Source: the human T2T-CHM13v2.0 reference genome, Homo sapiens. Taken from it: 64,000 nucleotides of DNA. Of the stretch, positions 56,886-64,000 are shown one piece after another. How positions within the stretch are numbered: the stretch's first letter is position 1; each line of letters begins with the position of its first letter. Below the pieces are notes generated by a model, which saw only the letters and a list, made by a program, of their open reading frames with translations, did no database searches and had not been told where the DNA came from. The stretch lies in NCBI RefSeq assembly GCF_009914755.1, contig NC_060926.1. One strand, given 5' to 3'. The translations under genes and the position numbers were made by a program.

Positions 56886-59334
56886 CTCTCAGGACTCCTT
56901 CCAATTGTGCCCAGGTCAAACTCTTGAATCAAAATCAGGTCATTGTAATGAAACAGGCATTGATTAAGTATTAGCAATGTCCTCAAACAATATCTTTTCT
57001 AACCTCCTACAGCTCAGTCTCCACAGTGACTCTGTGAGGAAAGAATTATTTTCCTGGATATAGGTATAAAAACTGAAGTTCTAATTGGTGTTCACAGTGG
57101 CTCAGCTGACAGAGGCTAGATTCTAGAGTCAACCCAGGCCTTTTTCTTGAATAACAACGTAAGCAAGAGCCATGTTTGCTAACACAGATATCCAAAACTC
57201 AGGAGGATCTATACAGACAACACGGTTGTTTTTGAAGGAGGTCTGAGCCTGACTCCAATAGCATTCTGGAAACAAAATAGTCAGTAGATTGAGACAGAAC
57301 ATGGTGCCACAACCACAGAGGCAAAATAAAGGCCTCAAGCATGGATCACAAGGTGTGGGAGCTGTAGGCAGGGAGTTCTTTGACATGGGAGTTTAAAATG
57401 TTGCTTATAATCTTTAATTAAAGATAAAGGCTGAAAGCTCAAGCATCTCATCTTCTATTAAACATGGCTTCAGACTTGGCCAACTGAGTTGGGAAAACAT
57501 CCAACTCAAAACCTCAACATATCTGGGGATATCAGACTCTTGCATTTTGCTGAAAACCAAGTGACGAAGGGTCCAGTCTTTGAGGAAGGCTTGATGAGGC
57601 CTGTGAACCCCAGACCCACCAGGAGCAAGGCCCCAGCAAGGACTTCTCCCGCTTCTCAGGCCATGGATTCAATGGTTGGAGACTGCCTCTGGGGGTTTGA
57701 GAAAGAAGAAGCCAGGCGCAGCAGGAATTATTAGCTAAGCCTTCCTATTCCTCAGTGACTTCTCTAATGAAGCCCTCTGTATGCCAAAAGGAGAAGATAT
57801 TTTTATTCCTTGTTTTATAAACTTGCCTGATGCATAAAGGGCTGGCTCAGGGAACAACACTCTCCTGCTTCCTGACTCTGCTGGGACAGACAGAAATTAT
57901 TATATGCTTTAATTTCATTTTTAATAGGAGGAGGAGTATTGCCAATAATATATGAAAGTATTTTGTTTAAAAACAGACAAGCATTATATAAATTTATACG
58001 CAAAGTTAGTGATAAGCGTTATAAAGATAAATGTTACACAACAAAGGAAAATTTAGAAAAACAAAACCTAAATTTTAGCAACAGGAGAATAGTTAGGTAA
58101 ACTATGGTTTGTCTATATGATAGAAGGCTAGACAGCCATTAAAAGCCATTTTATGAAGAAATTTATAATGAAAGAAAATGTCGAGGACATAAAGTTATAT
58201 GAAAATCATACCTTGCATGCCTGCAGGTAAGCTGGAAGGATGGATGGACATTTGAGGGACAGAGACAGAGACAATGAGAGGGAGAGGAAAGGAGGAAGAA
58301 ATTACAGCAATCCATAAGCAAGAATTACCACAGTGGCTGTACCAGGGATGGGTTTTATGTTCTTTTTAATTTTTACTTCTTTAGTTACAACTGTCTTGTT
58401 CTAAAATCAATCTGAAGTTGTTTACAAAATACATGCAAGAAAAACTTAAATTTGAGAAAATGTAAAGAGATGTGGAATGAACGTAAGAAAGATAAGGTAT
58501 AGCCAGCAGGGTGGCTAGTTTATGAAATGTATTCCAAGAAGCCCTACATATTAGCTAGAGATTGGACACAAATCCGCCCCTAAGCTTTCTAGCCACCAAC
58601 ACAGACAGGGAGACACAGTAGACTATGTGATTCATGAGGACAAAATGAAGCATTAACAGGAAAACAACAGCAACAAGCAACATTATTCCATTCCAGAAAA
58701 TAGGAAGGAAACTTCTCCCATGGTTCTCTGCTCAAGAGGACTCTGTGGACAATGACGAATGGTGGGGGTAACATTTGTTGCCCTCCATAACCCAGGGAGT
58801 CACCTAGAGTTGTTCCTGGTGGCCTCTCTGTAACCAAGCAGTGGAGTGCCAAAAAATAAGTAAAATAGCAACAGCCACATGTGTGGATGGTTACCAATTC
58901 CCAGACTCTATGTTAAGCGACTCACCCATGCTCGCTCATCTAATCCTCACACAACCCTCCAATATTTCATTATTATCACTGAGAGACCCAATACAGGTGT
59001 GGAGAATGGCTCAGATTCAATGAGCAAGCAAATGGCAGACCCAGAATTCCAACTCCGCACACCCAGCACAATTCACCACCATGCTCTAGCGCTTCTCAAT
59101 CCAGAAAGCAAACAATTTACCCTATCAGCCAATGGCACCATGCGAAAGTGCAGATCAGTGACAACAGCTCTACAGGAGATCATTTTACCCTCTATATTTT
59201 AAGTATTTTCCAAGCTTTAACCAATGATTATATTTTCTTTAAAATTATCTACCCTTTTGGAGTCCCCACATCACTACAGCCCACCTGGCTCCTTGATTTC
59301 AAGTTGATTTTAAGAGTAGTTTTAATTTTGTTGT

Positions 59335-59515
59335 GCCTTTTATTTTTAAATTTGTATAACTTTAAGGGGTACAAGTGCAATTTTGTTACATGAAGGTATT
59401 GCATAGCAGTAAAGTCTGAGCATTTAGTGTATCCATCACCCAAATAATGTACATCATGCCCATTAAGTGATTTCTCATCCTCCACGCCTACCATCTCCTG
59501 AGTCTCCAGTGCCTA
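59335..59515 (-). mobile_element. L1 (L1PB/L1MA) 3' terminal fragment
   Basis: TTTAAGGGGTACAAGTGCAATTTTGTTACATG...ATCCATCACCCAAATAATGTACAT. Confidence 0.8.
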
Positions 59516-59849
59516 TCCTGAGGCACCTCTTTCTCGCTACCTGATAAGGAACCTCCCTTAGGGTGCATAAAATCACGGTTGTTTGTATGTGACTTAATCC
59601 TTATCCTAAAGCTTCAATAGTTAAAATGTAATATCCATCAAAGAGCTATATCTGTGAGTTGGATTCTCAAAATGAACTTAAATCAATTCCAAATGCATTA
59701 CTGAGCCCCTACCAAGTGGAAAGCTCCTCTGCCTCACTTATCTCATTTAATCCTAACCACTTTCCCTTGAGTATACGTTTTATTGTACCCAGTGTACAGA
59801 GGAGGATATCAACTCTAGGAATTTTAAGTGATATTAAACTGGCTGAAAC

Positions 59850-60480
59850 AGTATTTACTGGAACTGGTAATATTTATTGGAAATAAGTGTTATCATGCAT
59901 TCATTTTTGGAGCATAACAAGAATAGCCTTCCTTCTGGAGGACAGTTTTTCAAAGTATGTCAACAGCAGTGACAATGTGCATAGCCTTTGACCCAGAAAT
60001 TCCACTTGTGGATTTATTCTAAGGAGGCAAGTATAAATGAGTGCAAATTTTAGCGAGTAGTAAATTTCCAGCCACACTGTTATATTGGTTCCAGATCAGA
60101 AGCCAAGTGTTCAAAAATGAATTGTTTGTTTAAATGAATTGGAACGTATCCTTATAATGAAATAGCATGCATCCATATAAAAGCTATGTTGTAGAACTAT
60201 ATTTACTGAATTTAAGAGTATTTTTGTTTTGATATATTTAAAATTCAAAAATTGGGTTACAAAATAATCTGTGTAACATCATTTAAGCATTGTAAAGTGT
60301 ATAAGACAAGATGAATATATGGATATACTCTAAATGTTAATAGTAATTATTTCTAGGAGTCAAGCATCACCAGTAGCTTCAATTTCTTCCCTTTGCATAT
60401 CTGTGTTTTTAAAATGTATGAGTAGTGAATGAACATGTATTCCTTTGTGAAAAAAGAGTAATTTACAAATAAAACAGATA
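59850..60480 (+). mobile_element. Diverged L1ME 3' fragment
   Basis: CCTTTGACCCAGAAATTCCACTTGTGGATTTATTCTAAGG, AAATGTTAATAGTAATTAT. Confidence 0.55.
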
Positions 60481-61507
60481 AAACATAACAGAGCCTTGGT
60501 TTGGCATTTCTGTCTCCATGGGAAAAAAGAGCCAAGATATAAATAACAAGGTTGATAAAGCCAGGTCAGAATATCCTTCTCTGTTTGTCTCTAGCAGGGC
60601 ACTGCCATGGGCAGAGCTAAAGGTTTAAATATCTTTCTCACCAGGTGAGGGTTGATAGAAGACACCCATGTGAGGATAAAGCTGTCCCTTTAGGGACACC
60701 AACCTAGGTATGCCAAGAAAAATAACCCAAAGCCTTTCCTAATGCATTCATGTTAAATTCAGAGCCATGGCTAAACAGGGAGGTGGAAGTCAACTGAATT
60801 TTTCTAATGTTTGCAATAAATTTCCTTTCACTCAAACTTTCCCCATCTTGATTTTACAGAAACACACCTACCCCAACATACCCAGCAGTGGTTTATTATA
60901 GCTTTCATCCAAGCAGAAAGTACTTGGTAATCAAAGATAATTCTTCTCCCACGTGAATAAGTGTAGTTCGGACTTGTCTATCACTGAAAGACCTCAAAGG
61001 AATAGAAGACATAAATGGGTATAATTTTAGCTCTAAACTGTTTTTAAATATGTTCCAGCACGTTTAATAGCAGAAGGAGCTAATGTACATCAGCACTTCC
61101 TTTTCTTGAAAGCTGCTTACATGTGTTACTGGATTAACAGATGGATCCTGGTTTTTCATCTGAAATAGAATCCAATAAAGTGTCTTCATTTGCCCCTTTT
61201 CTTTTCTCTAGTTTTGGTAAACTTTCATCCTTTCATGCCACTATTAAAAATTTATTGAGTGCTACCAGAAAACAAATATGCCCATGTTCTACAGCCATGG
61301 ATTTCCAACAGTACCTAGTGGAAGTTCTCTTCCCTTGTTTCAGCTACAGAAGGTGCAAAGTAAAATTTGAGCTTTCAGGTAAAAAGCCAAGGAGTTTTCA
61401 AAGCTTAAAAATGATAGAAAGCCACTGCCCAAAGGGCGGTGTGAGCTTCTCTCCACATTTCCACTACTCATTTTGATGATTTGCACATTTGCATGTCATC
61501 TAACTTG

Positions 61508-61548
61508 TTTCTCTCGCTCTCTCTCTCTCTCTCTCTTTCTCTCTCTGT
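61508..61548. repeat. (CT)n-rich tract
   Basis: Imperfect CT repeat. Confidence 0.85.
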
Positions 61549-61678
61549 CTTTGCCTCTGTGGCTTCTCACAATCTACTATCCCTACTAGAACCACCATGC
61601 TGTCCTTGACTGCCCAGGAAACGCCAACTCACTTGTTCTGGCATATCCTACTCTGTGAAGCGTTCAGTGAACCCTTCC

Positions 61679-62292
61679 TGTGATGGTTAATATTAGGTGT
61701 CAACTTGATTGGATTGAAGGATGCCTAGACGGCTGGTAAAGTATTGTTTCTGGGTGTGTCTGTGAAGGTGTTGCCAGAGGAGATTAATATTTGAGTCCCT
61801 AAACTTGGAGAGGAAGACCCACCCTCAGTGTGGGTGGGCACCATCCAATTGGCTGCCAGCACGGCTGGAACAGAGCAGGTGGAAGGTGGGATAAGCTGGT
61901 TTGATGAGTCTTCTGGCCTTCATCTTTCTCCTGTTCTGGATGCTTCCTGCCCTTGAATATCAGATTCCAGGTTCTTCTGCCTTTGGACTCTTGGACTTAC
62001 ACCAGTGGTTTGCCAGGGGCTCTCTGGCCTTCGGCCACAGATCAAAGCCTGCACTGTCGGCTTCCCTACTTTTGAAGCTTTTGGACTCAGACTCAGCCAC
62101 TACTGGCTTCCTTCTTCCTCAGTTTGCAGACGGCCTATCATGGGACTTTGCCTTGTGATCATGTGAGTCAATTATCCTTAATAAACTCCCTTTCATATAT
62201 ACTGGTGTGAGTCAATTATCCTTAATAAACTGCCTTTCATACATACATGTATCCTATTAGTTCTCTCCTTCTGAAGAACCCTAACTAACAAG
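61679..62292 (+). mobile_element. MLT2 (MLT2A2/B-like, HERV-L) solo LTR
   Basis: TGTGATGGTTAATATTAGGTGTCAACTTGATTGGATTGAAGGATGCC start, GTATCCTATTAGTTCT...GAACCCTAACTAA end; TSD CTTCC (61674-61678, 62293-62297). Confidence 0.9.
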
Positions 62293-63111
62293 CTTCCCTT
62301 CCCACATTCCCCAGCAAGATTAACCACTCCTTCCTCTGGGTTACTTCCTGTACCTTACAGAGAATCTCATTATTTCATGAGTCACTCTTAGCTACACTAA
62401 TTTGTTCCATATACATCATCTCTACCAGAAAGTAAGACTTTTGAGAGCCAAGTCTAGGTGCTACCTGTTTTGGATCCCAGTATTGGCATAGTACTTTTCT
62501 CAAACATAAAGTCCCAGTAAAACTTGGTTGGCTTGGACCAAAAGACTATGTCAGGCCGTCAGAGATGGTGAAGAAAAGGGGGAAAGTAAAGTAAGGGAAG
62601 GAAGAGGAGATGGAGAGAGTGGGAGAGGCAGGAGAGGAGCCAGAGTAAGAGGGGAGTATGGGGTCAAATGCTCAAGAGGTGATGGTTTTACTATCTTAAA
62701 CTCGGATTTTTTGTGGCCAAAATGTTCTAATGTTCTTATGTTATACCCATTGTTTAACTGGTGTCAAAAGTAGATGAACAAATAGAATGATGGTATGAAA
62801 ATGTATATGCTTCTAGGAGAAAGTCAAGTGTTAGGGAAGCTTTAGTTTGATATTGGCCAGCAAGGTGCTCTTAAAAGTATGGTAATTAGAGTTTTTTAAC
62901 AACCTATGCTTGAGAATTATCATCAAATATCAAAATGTTTTCACATCTTTGTTCACCATGCCTTCAAATTACTCTATGACATTTCTCTAAGCATGTTCCA
63001 CAAACTCGGTAGTGGGGAAATAAAAGATAAAATGATTCCTTGTTCAGAAATAATTTAGAACACAAGTGAAATGGCAAACTGTCTTTCTTTAATGCTACCC
63101 AGGTCTGTAAA

Positions 63112-63246
63112 CGTCTCACTCTGTCACCCAAGCTGGTGTGCAATGGTGCTATCATAACTCACTGCAGCCTCAAACTCCTAGGCTCAAGTGATCCTCCAAC
63201 CTCAGCCTTCCAAAGTGCTGGGATTATAGGCATGAGTCACTGTATC
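63112..63246 (-). mobile_element. Monomeric AluJ (left/right-arm hybrid, no tail)
   Basis: Right-arm 3' text (CTCACTGCAGCCTCAAACTCC) runs into left-arm 5' text (CAAAGTGCTGGGATTATAGGCATGAG). Confidence 0.8.
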
Positions 63247-64000
63247 TTGCTTGTTATGCATTTTAAGTCTCTAAGAATATGCAGAATTTTTTAAACTCAA
63301 ATTACCATAAAATTCCTTTTTGATACTTCATCCCCTGGGACTAGAATTCCTTGAAATACATCTTAGAAAATGAAGTTCTACATAGCAGAGTACCATTCTC
63401 CACCACTTATAAATAAAGACACAGACACTAAAGAAATAAAGTAATTCTTGAAAGCCACATGCTCCTCAAAGTCTCAAGAGCATGTGGCAAATAACAGTGA
63501 GGATTCAAAACAAGTATCAGAGGAATATGTTCACTATAACTCCTAATCACTTTGAATGTAATGCAAGTTACATCTTAGAAATGCTTATTTTGGCCTAAAT
63601 CAAATTTCATACTTTAGGATTAGGTGAATGACCTTACGTATAGAGACCCACATGCACCCTTGGACCTGAAACTGGCTAATATAATGAGCAAAACCCCCAG
63701 TCTGGGCTGCAAGGTTAAAGTATTACACATAGATGGTGGAGCTACCTGCCCCCACAGTGACATGAGCCATGTAGAATAATCTCCCCCAGCATAAGAACAA
63801 TTGTTGAAATGGAGACTTTTATAAATTTTAATAGAAATACACACTTACCGATGTCTAGATACTAAAATACATGATTAGATTAACAAAGAGGTTGGAAAAA
63901 GGAAGATATTCACATTGCAATGTAAGTTAACTTCTTTTGTCCTACAAAAGCACTGGAAATGAAAATATCTGGTCACAGTTTTCCTCACATAATAATAATT

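Overview
Primate (most likely human) non-coding genomic DNA, AT-rich and CpG-depleted. I recognise no host protein-coding exon, RNA gene or CpG island, and I cannot place the locus. Much of the window is interspersed repeats: about 17 Alus (J, S and Y types), old L1M/L1MA/L1ME pieces, L2 and MIR relics, MaLR (MLT1) and ERVL-class (MLT2, LTR47-like) solo LTRs, and hAT/Tigger DNA-transposon derivatives. The listed ORFs are Alu-, L1-, LTR- or microsatellite-derived or chance; the only recognisable peptide is decayed L1 ORF2p at about 43.2-43.6 kb. Repeat subfamily names come from recalled consensus sequences and need RepeatMasker/Dfam confirmation. The most unusual structure is a 2.5-kb cluster of local copying events at 18.4-21.0 kb. 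It comprises a 77-bp templated insertion into a MIR and a ~230-bp inverted duplication (~88% identity) of an LTR. The second LTR copy sits between a tiny 5'-inverted L1 end and an A-rich tail, as a chimeric retro-insertion would. Other template-switch or recombination scars include fold-back hairpins in a Tigger4 and an Alu, a trimeric Alu and a twin-primed 2.4-kb L1. I found no evidence for a new multi-gene system; the findings are structural or regulatory candidates.
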